From the human T2T-CHM13v2.0 reference genome, Homo sapiens: DNA of 64,000 nucleotides. The DNA lies in the NCBI RefSeq assembly GCF_009914755.1, contig NC_060933.1; one strand, 5' to 3'. Shown piece by piece: positions 30,791 to 49,641 of the stretch (the stretch's first letter is position 1; each line of letters starts with the position of its first letter). The position numbers were made by a program, and so were the translations under genes. The notes under the pieces were generated by a model. It was not told where the DNA came from. It saw only the letters and a program-made list of their open reading frames with translations, and did not search any database.

Positions 30791-32349
30791 TCGCCGATAC
30801 ACATCTTTAACCCCTCAAAAGTTAAAGATCACTTTAACCCTAATGAATGAAGTCCTAACAGAAGACGAATTCCAGGAAGAATTTCTTCTTCTCTTCATAC
30901 CGATGAGAGCCATATACTATATTGAATTCTGCCTTAGTATTCCAATTACCTCTGAGTAACATTTCTCCCTATGGTAGCATATGACACATTGCTCTTTTTT
31001 CCTTCGTAAGTCACACACAATCACTCATGAAGGAAAAAATTGTGCACGTAAGTGCCAGAAGCTCCTAGGAGAAGGAAGCATGATCATGAACAGCTTACAG
31101 AGGGGAAGAATTCCTCAGAGATTTGGGACCATTTTCTCTGTTTGTCCCATTAGTAGCTCTGAACATCCATATGAATGGAATATTCCATTAATCACTTAGT
31201 CAGTTTCCATGGCTCAAGACAGTTCTCCAATTATCATGCACAACTTGGCAATATTCATCTCTCTAAAATGTCATTTGGAGCATGTCATTTTCTTTGTCAA
31301 AATCAGGCAGTGTTTTCCTAGTACCAACAGGACAGAAGTACAAAGATGTTGCCTTAGCAGTCAAGCCCACTTGCACACAGCAACTATCAGTATCATGGGT
31401 ATTGATGCCATCACCCAGCTTCCTGCCCTCTGTATACCTCATACTAACCAGACCAGTTGTCTCTTAATGCCCTGAACAAACTGGCGTGTCTCCACCTCAA
31501 TACCTTTGTTTACTCTGTTCCCCTTGCCTGGAATGTCTTCTCTCCCTCCTCTCACACAAATCCTCCAAAACTACAAATTCACTTACTCTCTGATGAAGCG
31601 ATTGACCTCTAGGTATCTATCTCAAAGACTGACTGGAAAAAATATGAAATGCTATTTATTGCAGCACTATTATGATAACAAATGACTGAAAACATCAAAC
31701 TTTCCATTAAAAGTAATGACTGAACAACTTGTTAGAGCTGTGCAATGAGATACTGTGCAGTCATAAAAAGTACTGAGAAGTATCTGGATATAGAGTGATC
31801 TCTAGGATATATTAAGTGAAGACAGTACATTGGGGGAAAATGTGTGTTCTGTGTTAATAAATAGCTAAGGCACATGGGCTCATACTGAGTGCTAGGGAGG
31901 CTTCCACAGCCTGGGATGGGGCAGAACACCTGTAAGAAATCCCTTTGAGGCAACCCAGCCTTCTTGAGTTAACTGCAGCAGCCTTCCAAAGACTGTGAGT
32001 AAGGTAGCAAACCAGATATCCCCAGGCATAGACCCCTACAGGCACAAGTGGAAAGCAACGAGAACTTCCCAAAGACCCCAAAAGCAGACAGCCAGGCTGT
32101 AAAGCAAAGAGAGATCTCCCAGGGCTCAAAATTCAGACAGTTCATCTGTAAAGCAAAAGGAGATCCCTGGAAATTCACCAGTGTTCAGACTCTAATTCTT
32201 ACTGAAAAGAAAGTCCTGATTCTACCCTCGAAACATTTGAAGCCAGTGGAGAATGGAATCAAACTAAAATGGCAACAAAGCCCAGACCCAAATCAATGAC
32301 AAATTAGTGTGCCTTACTCAGAGCCTGAGAGAAGAAGGAGTGTGTCCTT

Positions 32350-35040
<2,691 letters not shown>

Positions 35041-35327
35041 ATAATAATATCTTGTTAGTTAGAAAAACCATCCATCCATTTATGGCCCCCAAAGTAAGCA
35101 TTTATCCTGACTTTTCTATATAAACTATATCTCAGGGTAACCAAATAGTTGGGAAGGGGAAGTTTCTCTCTCAAAATATGCCAGTTAATAAAAAAAAAGA
35201 AAAAATTAAAATATCAATATTTTACAAATTCTAATAAGGAGGAGATGTAGGAAAATATCATCAGTGACTGCTAACAGAACAAAAGAGAAACAACCAAGAA
35301 TTCTATGACTTGTTGTACATATACTCA

Positions 35328-35674
<347 letters not shown>

Positions 35675-35723
35675 TTAATCCAAATCTGAGTTATCCTCTA
35701 GAGTTGATAGGCTCTAGCTCTAA

Positions 35724-36287
<564 letters not shown>

Positions 36288-36693
36288 TAGGGCTAATGCC
36301 CAAATTATAGTGTGATGAATCTAGAGAAAAATAGCTCCAGCCAAACCAAATAAAGGCCACACCAGCCTTCACATGCCACTCAACCTGAACCTGCCAGAAG
36401 GATGCTGCTGAAATATGCACCCATTCTTGACCCCACCAGCCAGCTCACTCAGCTCCAATTGCCATCTAATTTATCAGTAGGAATATTAATAAACAGAACA
36501 TATTATAGCATCTAGCTATGAAATGACATAATTTAGAACTCATGCTACAAGATCCATTCACACATCCTGTGTAGTAATGTAAGTACACTTACCTATTTAC
36601 CCAGAGGTTGAAAATACAAAGTGTTGACTGCACAGTGACTCCACTGAGAAAGCATCATTCCAGGTGATTTGTATGTTCACACATCTTTCTCTC

Positions 36694-37328
36694 ATTCCAA
36701 TCACCGCCCCTTCATCACAGTAATTCTCATTAGAATGAAAAATTAAGAGCCAAGATTTAGGCTTGGGTTACTGGCATCGATTTTAAGTAGAAAGTTTAAT
36801 TTCTACTACAACTTTATTGTACTAGAAATTTTCTAGTAAAACTGAAAAAACTGGGGATTATTTTCTTTAATAGAAATCCAGAAGAATAAAATGCAACCCA
36901 CCAACACATGAGCTATGGAAATACGTAAAGAGAACTCACAACAGCTGCAGCATCCTTAGCCATACTGGCTGATGGATTCCAATTCATCCACCACAACTGA
37001 TTTAATATGAGAGTATAATTAGTACTGCTGATTACTATCTGGTGCCAGATATCCCAAATGCCCCACCTTCATGCTAATTAATCTTGAAAACTTTCCAAGC
37101 TTTCCTCTACCCTGCCTGCCTCTGTTCCCTGCATCGGTGCACACATAGCGTTCTACTCAAACAAACAGTGCAACAAGAACAGCATCACTAGGTCTTGCAC
37201 ACAGTTGGCACTCAGTAAATGTTTGTTTATTCAAATCACTGCTCCTTCATCACAGTAATTCTCATTAGAATGAAAAATCAAGAGCCAAGATTTAGGCTTG
37301 GGTCACTTTAACAGGCATTAATTTTAAG
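36694..37328. repeat. Dispersed direct duplication, ~95 bp (36694-36787 and 37229-37328)
   Basis: CCTTCATCACAGTAATTCTCATTAGAATGAAAAAT(T/C)AAGAGCCAAGATTTAGGCTTGGGT(T/C)ACT shared by both copies. Confidence 0.93.
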
Positions 37329-38347
37329 GCCATGGAAATATATGTGATCAAGTTGATAGTAAAAAGCAATCTTTAGAAAATCTAAGGAATCATCAAGGGG
37401 TAACTTTGTCAGAATACCCTACATTTAGACACTGAAAGATGAGAGGCTGTGTACCACTAAGGATGTATTCATATGTCACTGATCTGAATGAAAACAGCAG
37501 AAATCTAACAGAAACAAGGCTGTGATGCTATTAAAACTTAGGCTACGGGACTAAAGACAATGTAGCCTCTAATCTTTTCTATGAATACAGTTTTTACTGA
37601 AATATTTGTGAAGTAACTAAATGCATTTGATAAAGGATGGAGCAAGAATTATCTTCAACAAAGATACGGTTCACAAACCTTTTCATTCTGTGCTCCCTTC
37701 CTCAGTCTGCCCCGCTCCCTACAGCCTCATCAATCCAGCATTGCTTCTGCATTCTAAGTAATCCCCCCGACCCCAACAAAACATAGTGGGTTTTTGCCAG
37801 GAGCCACCCTTACAAAACAGCGGGTTAGAGTTCTTCTTATTAGAGTGGTGGTGTTAAAGATAGGAGGCAGAGGAAGATAGCAAGAACAAGCCCAAGAATG
37901 GGAAGAAGCAAAGTCAAAACGTCCTGTTTGAAAAATCATTTCCCTATCAACTGTGGGGGGTTTTGTAGCTCCTATTCACGCTTCCTAATGGAAGACACAC
38001 ACTACTCCTCTGTGGAACTAAACTTTCTATTTGAGAAACAATAGCCTTGATAATTCAGCTTCTTAATAATTCTTCCTTAAATAGGAAAAGAAAAGGAATG
38101 GTTGAGGACTGGGATTCCCTGGCATTTTTAATCTGCAGCACTAGCTTCACTTGAGAAGGCAGTGCTTTTAAGTGCTAAAGGCAGTTCTGGTGAGATAAAC
38201 TTATATCACTGAGAAAATTTAACACATCTTCTCACCACCTTGTTTGTCTTCAGATGTGCCCAGCAGCGTCTACAGGAATGGCGTTGGGGCTTTAACATAT
38301 GGGCAAGAAAGGGTACGATTGGGCAGGATCATTTTACCCATTCATAA

Positions 38348-38660
<313 letters not shown>

Positions 38661-38926
38661 CCCATTCATAAGTCCTTAACTCTTCAGCATAGTACTTAGA
38701 CCCCAATGCAGCCCTCTCAGGCACCTCTCTGCCTCATCTTCACCAAGTCCACTTCTCCTTCTCCCCTTTGCTGTAAGCATTTCCCAAATCTCAGTTTTTG
38801 TCCCACTCCCCCAGTGCTTCTCTCTCCACATGTTTCCCATAGTAAGCTGCAGCAGTCTCAGAAATCTGACCTTTGACTCTGATTCTCACCTCTTTATCTC
38901 CAAAATCAGACATATTTACTAAGCAT

Positions 38927-39090
38927 TGGCCAGTGCAGTGGCTCACTCTTTGGGAGGCTGAGGCAGGAAGATTGCTTGAAGCCAGGAATACAAGACCAGC
39001 CTGGGCAACATAGTGAGACCTTGTCTCTACAAAAAATTTAAAAATTAGCCTGGCATAATGGTACATACCTTTAGGCGAGACCCTGTGTCT
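38927..39090 (+). mobile_element. Internally deleted AluJ/FLAM
   Basis: Left monomer plus the start of a right arm. Confidence 0.75.
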
Positions 39091-39899
39091 AAAAGAAACA
39101 ATCTGATGTGTTTGTCCAAAATTAAAAATGTCATCTCCATCTGCAAAAGTATGGAGAAATTATAAGGCAAACATTAATCCAGAAAAATGTTATAGTTATT
39201 ACACATTGACACATATAAATATATAATATGCATGTGTACATATTATATATGATATATAAATACTATAATAATAGACAATATAAATATGATCTATAATAGA
39301 TAATTTACAAAAGAAGAAAAGCAGATCTCTACTATATATTTGGGAGAAAAAATAAACTTGAAGAAATGCAAATTCAAACAATTTAAACAGAAAAATTGCC
39401 ATAACTGTGGATGATAATTTATGCACAAAATGCTCATTGTGCCCTTGCCATAGTATCAAATTGGAGATCTTCTAACTGCACAACACTAGGGTAATGGTTC
39501 GGTAATTGTGGTACAGTGTACACTAGGATTTATGGTGGGCTTTGGGGGATCATCATATATTTCATAAACAACATGCATTGTCCCAAACAGTGGAGATTTA
39601 AACTGCTTGAGGTTTTCAGGTAAATATGAAGGACAGATATGTAGACTTCTGCATGCTTCTAAAACTCCATTAAAACAACAGTAAAGGATGAATGACAAGT
39701 ACAAAGAGAACTATAGAAGGGATAATAGTGGATGTGATATTTTGATAAAATTTCAGGAGTGGAAAACAGATGGAGAAATTAGATTTGATTTGGCAGAGCT
39801 GAAAGAAGCTGAAATGCAAGTGCATATGAAGGAAGATACCAATGAGAAAAAGCTGATCTACCCCCACAGAACCCCTGAAAGACTCAGGAAGTGGCAGTC

Positions 39900-40082
39900 T
39901 AAATAGCTAAAAGAGAGGTTTTTGAACGTTCTCACCACAAAGAAATGCTAAATGCATGAAATGACGGATACACTAAATACGCAGATTGGATCATTATGTA
40001 ACATATACATGTATCAAGACATCAAATTATACTCCATACATAGGTACAAAGCATCAAAGATTTTCTAAATTAAAAAAAGAAG
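39900..40082 (+). mobile_element. Short 5'-truncated L1 3' tail
   Basis: GTTCTCACCACAAAGAAATG...TATCAAGACATCAAATTATACTCCATA...A tail; TGGCAGTCT on both flanks. Confidence 0.65.
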
Positions 40083-41455
40083 AAACTGGCAGTCTCAGCC
40101 TCAGTGGGGGAGAAGCATGTGGCAAAATACTGATTGGAAATCCCTAGGGAAAACAATAAAAGTCCCACATCCCACCATCTCTTTGAGCAGTCAGGCAACC
40201 ACCCTCAACTGTTCCCCAAAAGAGACAGGAGATTTAATATCCAGAGAACTGAAACAGAAAGACTCTGTACTTGAAGACTCAAGTACGGCAGAGGGTTGTG
40301 ATGATGATGCCTCCGATTAAAAATGGGAATTAATTGACAGTCTGCACACTGAGCTGCAAGACCCTCAGCTCTCTTCCTCAGCTTTCTGTTCAAGAGAACC
40401 AGCCACCAGGCTTATTAATACATCTTCCAGGACTGGATTCCAGGACCGGACTCCAGGACGTTTCTCTGGAAGAACTGAATGGTCCCAAAGAATACATCTA
40501 TAGGCTCAGGCATTTAGGACCCCCCCAGGTTTCACCCACCTGCACAGAGATTCCAGTCAGCATGTTAGTGCCTCACTCTGAAATATCAATGCACAGCCAC
40601 AAACCACTAGACGTGAGGAAAGCCTTCCTTATGAAATAGACAGACTGAAACAAACAGAAAAATGTAGCTCGGAGGAAACAGAGACAATGCAGAAAATAGA
40701 AGAAAACTACAAAACAAATTGATAACTTCAGTGAGATGAGATGTTTCACCAATGAAATAAGAACAAAGGAGAAACAAGAAAGAAAACAAGAAAAGCTATA
40801 AAAGATCAAAATATAATGGCCAAAACTGCCTAATGAATCGTCAGAATCTTGTCTGAACCATATATGGGATTTCTACGTGGATTCTGTTTTAATAGAAAGA
40901 GACTCACTAATAAAAGAAAAATTTTAATGTTTTGCTCTATACAATGCATTACTTCCAGCTATTTAAAAATCACACCCAATGGAGTTCTTAATAACGTGGG
41001 AAAATGCTTATAACACTGAGTGAGAAAAGCAGAAAAAATTTATTAGGTATTAAAGGCATGTTTTCAGGCATTACAGCTATATGCAGGCATATTTTTACCT
41101 GTGTATTTGTGCATATTGCTTTATGGATGTGTTGACCATCTCCCTAGATGCCTAGCATTTTTACTTTTCACTCTCTCTCTCTCCACCAAATCTAACTTGT
41201 CTCTGGAGTGGGAAAGCTTTGCTGTCTCAATCATGGAAGTGCACATGATCCAGTTTCCAGATTGACAACTATTTTTGTAGAAACTTACTTTCCTCTGATA
41301 ATTAAAGAGTAGCTTTAAACAAAAGAGCAAAATAAGACATAAAAATACCTTCCGAATATAAGTTTCTGAATAGGTCCAAATAGGACAGTTTACCTAATAT
41401 GTTCCCTGGGGTCTTGCTCACGTCTACTCAGTCCTGTTTTACAGATGATTATTAC

Positions 41456-41763
41456 TGGCTGGTGCGGTGGCTCACGCCTGTAATCCCAACACTTTGGAAG
41501 GCCGAGGCGGGTGGATCACCTGAGGTCAGGATTTCAAGATTAGCCTGGTCAACATGGTGAAACTCCATCTCTACTAAAGACACACAAACAAAAATTAGCT
41601 GGGCATGGTGGCGCATGCCTGTAATCCCAGCTACTCAGGAGGCTGAGGCAGGAGAATCGTTTGAACCTGGGAGGTGGAGATTGCAGTGAGCCGGATATCT
41701 TGCCACTGCACTCCAGCCTGGGCAACAGAGGGAGACTCCATCTCAAAAAGAAAAAAAAAAAAA
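41456..41763 (+). mobile_element. Alu (AluS)
   Basis: Dimeric Alu with poly(A). Confidence 0.95.
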
Positions 41764-42326
41764 GGTATTACAAGCGTGGGGATCTAATTTTCAAATTCAA
41801 AGCAAGCTAGCAGCAACCATTAAGCAAAAATTGATCAGCATTGAGGCATTAAGACAAAACACTACTATGTAAAGACAGGAAAGTAGTTTCTATAATTGTT
41901 ATTCAATATAATCAAAAATTTTAAAAATAATTCTGAGCAACCCATGGACCTGCCAGTAAGGAAATGGATGAATCAATTATAACAGATCTATATAATGGAG
42001 TATGATGCAACCATGAAAATGGAACGAAAAGGATCTCAGTATACCAATGTGGAGTGATCTCCTGGGTGTGTTATTAAGTGAAAAAGTCAAATTGTGTAAC
42101 AGTACGCTACATTTTGTAAAGGAAAAACAAGACTAATACATACTTGTCTGTTATTGCAAAAATAAACATGGAAGGATAAACCAAAAACTAATGATGAAGT
42201 GATCATCTATAGGGGACAGAGGTGGAATCAGGTAGAAGGGATAAAAATGAAAGTGAGACTTCTCTGAATATCTTCACCTAATTTTAATTTTTGATTCTTA
42301 TGTTGACATACATAACTCAAAGATAA

Positions 42327-42794
<468 letters not shown>

Positions 42795-42906
42795 TAGGTG
42801 TGTTATGAAGACAAAAAGAACTACAAGAAATTTTAATTTTCACTTAGTTTGTAGTAGTAGTAATATTGGTGCTGTTGTTTTAAATGTTATAGAGTGAAGC
42901 AAATAA

Positions 42907-43665
42907 CAGTAGTCCTCTTTTATCCATGGTTTTGCTTTCCACAGTTTGTTACTTACTGTCAACCCCAGTCCAAATAAATTGAATGAAAAATTCCAGAAGC
43001 AAACAATTCCTAAGTTTTAAATTGTGTGCCATTCTGAGAAGTATGATGATATCTCACACCATCCCACTCCATCCTGTCCAGGACTTAAAACATTGCATTG
43101 TTCAACACATCCATGCTGTATGTGCTACCTGCCCATTAGTCACTAAGTAGCTTTCTTTGTTATCAAATTGAAAAAATGTAGTATATACAGAATTTGGTAT
43201 GATTCACAGTTTCAGGAATCCATTGGGAGTTACGGAGGCTAAAGTAACTCCATCTTGGATGCTAATCTACCATGTTGACTTCTGATTAATCCCAGTTCCT
43301 GGAATGCCTCTTTATCTACTGTTCCTTGTGTAGGAGCATGTACTTACTGTAAGCCCTGCCCCTAGGTCAAAACAACCTTGATGTTATCACACAAATTATT
43401 GGCTGTGACATACATAGCATACTTGTCTTTTCCTGGTAGGTTGCCCTATAGAACATGTATACCCTTTTCCTACAGTATATAAACCCCCAGTCTGTGGGGT
43501 AACAGTGTAGGGATCCACCCACTGGAGGCATGGCTGCTGTTCCCAAGTTTCTATTAAATGTTTCTTTCTGAGAAACCTGATTTGTCAGCCTCTTTCTTCA
43601 GCCTCTGCTCACCATGAAACAGGAATCTTGGAACATATCCCCCACACAGAAGAGAGGAGTACTGT
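42907..43665 (+). mobile_element. MER44/Tigger7-type DNA transposon fossil split by an LTR
   Basis: Starts CAGTAGTCCTCTTTTATCCATGG, ends GGAACATATCCCC...GAGTACTGTA (inverted termini). Confidence 0.75.
43229..43621 (+). mobile_element. ERV1-class solo LTR (family uncertain, LTR26-like)
   Basis: AAAGTAACTCCATCTTGGATGCTAATC..., TATATAAA box ~43476, ATTAAA ~43553, ends ...AAACA. Confidence 0.65.
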
Positions 43666-44004
43666 AAATAAATTGTTTAGTGATATTGGTAACTAAGATT
43701 TTTAGTGTAACAGAAAGATATACAAATATAAAATCAAAGAAGGTAAGAAATAATCTATAATGTTGAATTTAAATTAGAAATATTATTATGAACTCATGTT
43801 TTCTTCTTTTCCTTAATTGGTTTTATATAATTTGCATGTAATTAAATTCACCCATTTTCAGTGTATAATTTTTGATAAATGCATACAGTAATCAGCATCA
43901 CAAACAATATGTAGAATATTTCTCTCACTGTAAGAAGTTCCCTTTTAACTCCTTGAAAGCAATTTCTCCCTTCTACCCTCAGCCCTTGACAAACACCGTA
44001 CTGC

Positions 44005-47000
44005 CCTCATGAAATGAGTTAGGGAGGAGTCCCTTCTTTTCAATTGTTTGGAATAGTTTCAGTAGACATGGTACCAGCTCTTCCTTGTACCTCTGGCAGA
44101 ATTCAGCTGTAAATTTGTCTGGTCTTGGACATTTTCCGTCCAATTTCAGGACGTGTTGTTAGCCTATTCAAGAATTCAATTTCTTCCTGCTTCAGTCTTG
44201 GGAGAGTGTGTGTGTCCCAGAATTTATCCATTTCTTCTAGATCTTCTAGTTTATGTGTATAGAGGTGTTTATAGTATCCTCTGATGGTAGTTTGTATTTC
44301 TGTGAAGTCAGTGGTGATATCCCTTTATCATTTCCAATTGTGTCTGTTTGATTCCTCTCTCTTTTCTTCTCTATTAGTCTAGCTAGTGGTCTATTTTATT
44401 AGTTTTTTCAAAAGAACAGCTTCTAGATTCATTGACTTTTTGAAGGGTTTTCTGTGTCTCTGTCTTCTTTGGTTCCACTCTGATCTTGGTTATTTCTTGT
44501 CTTCTGCTAGCTTTGGAGTTTGTTTGCTCTTGGTTCTCTAGTTCTTTTTGTTGTGATGTTAGATTGCTGATTTGAGATCTTTCTAGATTTTTGATGTGGG
44601 CATTTAGTGCTGTAAATTTTCCTCTTAACGCTGCCTTGGCTGCATCTCAGAGATTCTGGTATGTTGTCTCTTTGTTCTCATTAGTTTCAAAGAACTTCTT
44701 GATTTCTGCTTTAATTTCATTATTTACCCAGGAGTCATTCAGGAGCAGGTTGTTCAATCTCCATGTAGTTATGTGGTTTGGAGTGAGTTTCTTTTTTTTT
44801 ATTTTTTTTTATTTGATTGCACTGTGGTCCAACAGACTGTTATGATTTCAGTTATTTTGCGTTTGCTAAGGAGTGTTTTACTTCCAATTATGTGATCAAT
44901 TTTAGAGTAAGTGCCAAGTGGAGATGAGAAGAATGTATATTCTATTGTTTTGGGGTGGAGAGTTCATAGATGCCTATCAGGTCCACTTGATCCAGAGCTG
45001 AGTTCAGGTCCTGAATATCTTTGTTAATTTTCTGTCTCAATGATCTGTCTAATATTGTCAGTGGGGTGTTAAAGTCTCCCACTATTATTGTGTGGGAGTC
45101 TAAGTCTCTTTGTAGATCTCTAAGAACTTGCTTTATGAATCTGAGTGCTCCTATGTTGGGTGCATATATATTTGGGACAGTTAGCTCTTCTTGTTAAATT
45201 GAACACTTTACCATTATATAATGTCCTTCTTTGTATTTTTTTTATTGTTGTTGATTTAAAGTCTTCTTTGTCAGAAACTAGGATTGTGGCCCCTGCTTTT
45301 TTCTGTTTTCCATTTGCTTCGCAAATTTTCCTCCATCCCTTTATTTTGAGCCAATGTGTGTCTTTGCATGTGAGATGGGTCTCTTAAAGACATACCAATT
45401 GGGTCTTGACTCTTTATCCAGCTTGCCATTCTGTGTCTTTTAACTGGAGCATTTAGCCCATTTACATTTAAGGTTAATATTGTTATGTGTGAATTTGATC
45501 CTGTCATTATGATGCTAGCTGGTTATTTTGCAGACTTGTTTATGTGGTTGCTTCATAGTGCTGCTGGTCTCTGTACTTCAGTGTGTTTTTGTGGTGGCAG
45601 GTAATGGTTTTTCCTTTCCATATTTAGTGCTTTTTCAGGAGCTCTTGCAAGGCAGGCCTGGTGATGTCAAATTCCCTCAGCATTTGCTTGTCTGAAAAGG
45701 ATCTTATTTCTCCTTAGCTTATGAAGCTTAATTTGGCCAGATATAAAATTCCGGGTTGGAAATTCTTTTCTTTAAGAATGTTGAATAGTGTCGTTTCTGT
45801 ATCTTGGCTATTGTAAACAACGCTGCGATGAACATGGTAGTACAAATATCTTTTATTTGGTCTTCCCCCAATCTCCTCTGGCTTGTAGAGTTTCTGCTGA
45901 GATGCCCACTGTTAGTCTGATGGGCTTGCCTTTGTAGTGACCTGGCCTTTCTCTCTGGCTGCCCTTAACATTTTTTCTTCCATTTCAACCTTGGAGAATC
46001 TAAAGATTGTGTGTCTTGGGATTGATCTTCTCATGGAGTGTCTTACTGGGGTTCTCTGGATTTCCTGAATTTGAATGTTGGCCTGTCTTGCTAGGTTGGG
46101 AAAATTCTCCTGGATGATATCCTGAAGTATGCTTTCCAACTTGGTTCCATTCTCCCTGTCACTTTCAGGTATTCCAATCAGTCATAGGTTTGGTCTTTTT
46201 ACATAATCCCATATTTCTTGGAGGTTTTGTTCATTCTTTTTCCTCTATTCTTGTCTGCCTGTCTTATTTCAGAAAGATAGTCTTCAAGCTCTGAGATTCT
46301 TTCCTCCACTTGGTCTATTCTGCTATTGATGCTTCTGATTGCATTGTGAAGTTCTTGTGTTGTGTTTTTCAGCTCCATCAAGTCAGTTCTGTTCCTCTCT
46401 AAATTGGCTATTCTGGTTATCAGCTCCTGTACTGGTTCTTAGCTTCTTTACATTGAGTTAGAACATGATCCTTTAGCTCAGTGAAGTTCATTATTACCCA
46501 CCTTCTAAAGCCTACTTCTGTTAATTCAGCCATCTCAGCCTCAGCCCAGTTCTGTGCCCTAGCTAGAGATGTGTTGGGTCATTTGGAGAAGAAGCAGCAC
46601 TCTGGCTTTTTGAGTCTTCAGTGTTTTTGCGTTGATTCTTTGACATCTTTGTGGGCTTATCTCCCTTCGATCTTTGAGGTTGCTGAACTGTGAATAGGGG
46701 TTTTGTGGGGTCTTTGTTGTTGATGTTGTTGTTATTGCTTTCTGTTTGTTTGTTTTCCTTTAACAGTTAGGCCACTCTTCCATAGGGCTGCTGTGGTTTG
46801 CTGGGGGTCCACTCCAGATCCGAGTCACCTCAGTCCCTCCCTGGACGTATCACCAGCGAAGGCTACGAAACAGCAAAGATGGCAGCCTGCTCCTTCCTCT
46901 GGGGGCTCCATCCCAGGGGGCACCAACCTGATGCCAGCCTGAACGTTCCTACAGGAGGTGTCTGGAGACCCCTGTTAGGAGGTCTCACCCAGTCAGGAGG

Positions 47001-47180
47001 AACAGGGTCAGGGACCCACTTAAAGAAGCAATCTGGCTGCCCCTTGGCAGAGCAGGTGTGCTGTGCTGGGGGGAGCCCTCCTCATCCAGACTGCCCAGAC
47101 TCTCTAGAGCCAGGAGGCTGGGAAGGCTATGTTAGCTAAATCACAGACAGGGTGGCCACCCCTCCCCCGGGGACTTCGTC
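44005..47180 (-). mobile_element. L1P (older primate L1): 5' UTR, ORF1 and ORF2 endonuclease region, decayed and 3'-truncated
   Basis: ORF track gives MTGSNSHITILTLNVNGLNAPVKRHR (ORF2 start, 45507) and ILQDIIQENFPNLARQANIQIQEIQRTP (ORF1). Confidence 0.93.
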
Positions 47181-48139
47181 ACAGGGAGAGATCAGATGAA
47201 CTCATGATTTTTAAAAATAGATTTCCTAGTTCTGACCGTTGAAAGAGTCTAGAAGTACCAAAACTCCGGTAGCAATTAGCATACCTAGTATCTGGATCTT
47301 GGCTTCTAAATACCATTCCCCAATAAAAGGAATCAAATATCCTCAGTAAAAGGTTGAATTCCAAGTCTGGGGCAAGGAAAGGACAAGATGAGACATCTTG
47401 TTTTGCCAGAAAGCAAGGAAGCCTTTACTAAAGAAATGATAAGGGCATATCAGTAAAACACAGCAACCAGTTTTCAGGGCTTCTACTTGGCAAATTTGGG
47501 GAAATTGTAGCCTCAATAAGTATAATGAATTGTTAAATATTGAATAAATGAAAAGGCATAAGTCCACATACAATACTCAAAGGAGGCAAAACAAAACAAA
47601 ATTAATTTGGCACCATGGAAGATTATGACTATTATTTTAACTTTCAACTCCTTACTCTGAAAATTGGAAATTAAAACAAAAGAACTATTTTCCCTGCTTC
47701 CTAAGAGCAATGGTAGTTAATCTCCAGGTGATCTAGAAAAGCTTCTTCAGAGAAGAATGTCGGCTAATAAGTTTGCAACCCCCAGTGAAATAATTGATTC
47801 AGAAAATGACTAAATCAATGAATGTTAAAATCATTAGTTAAAAGATTGCTGGGAAAAGGACAGTGTCATATATCTCCAGTTGCTTGCTAATTGCAAAGGG
47901 GAAAATGGGCCTTTACAATCAGAGATCTACTTGTCACAACAAAACCAAGTAACTTAGCATCATTAATAGTGAAACAACCTGGCATTTTGTGCCTCCTGAT
48001 GTGGTGCAATATGAAGTACACAATAACATTTATAAAGTTATCTGGCCAAAATATTCTACCTGAATCTCATCAAGGTTTCAGAGCTGACTTCCAGTTTATA
48101 GTAGCTACAAGCAAGAGAGGAACTAGTTAAAAGATAAGA

Positions 48140-48705
48140 TATTGCATCAGACACACTTATGTATCAGATCCTCTCGGCCTCATCTGTCTCCAGGGACATT
48201 GTGTTCAGCTCCAGGCATCCTTGCAGAAACCAAGTCTGCCTGGGCTCCAGAAGACTTTATGTGGGCAGCACCCTACAGTGCTGCTTCTCATCCCAGGCTT
48301 CCCCCGAGACAGAGATATGAAACTTCGCAGCCAGTTCCAGGCTTGCTCATGCACAAACTGAAAGGAGGGCAGGATTCACTCTGTAGGGTGCACATGACTC
48401 TTGCATCGGTGGAGTATGAAAGCCGGTGGATACATTCTTCCCTGTTGTCTCCTTCAAACAGATCATCTTAAGAAACAGCCATTGACATGCTGTCTCAGAT
48501 GATCCCACAAGATAAAGTAGCCAACCTACTTAATAGTAGAGAACGGGAAGCATGATAACACATAGTCATATCACCTCACTCCCCTTCCCTGCCTCATTAC
48601 CAACTGTACACACCCACACCTGCTCCCCAGGCCTGAACTTCCAAGGAGAATTGTAGCATATAGGCCTTGCCTCAGGTTCTAACATCTGAGGAACAATGCA
48701 CGTTA
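48140..48705 (+). mobile_element. ERVL LTR fragment (LTR16-like)
   Basis: CCCCTTCCCTGCCTCA...CCTTGCCTCAGGTTCT terminal motifs. Confidence 0.45.
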
Positions 48706-48718
48706 AGAATGATCCTAT

Positions 48719-49030
<312 letters not shown>

Positions 49031-49129
49031 CTAGAATGCAGGATAATCCAAATGACAATAGGCCTTGACTTAAATACGTATATATGTATATGTGTATTTA
49101 CATATGTATATGTATATATACATACACTC

Positions 49130-49641
<512 letters not shown>

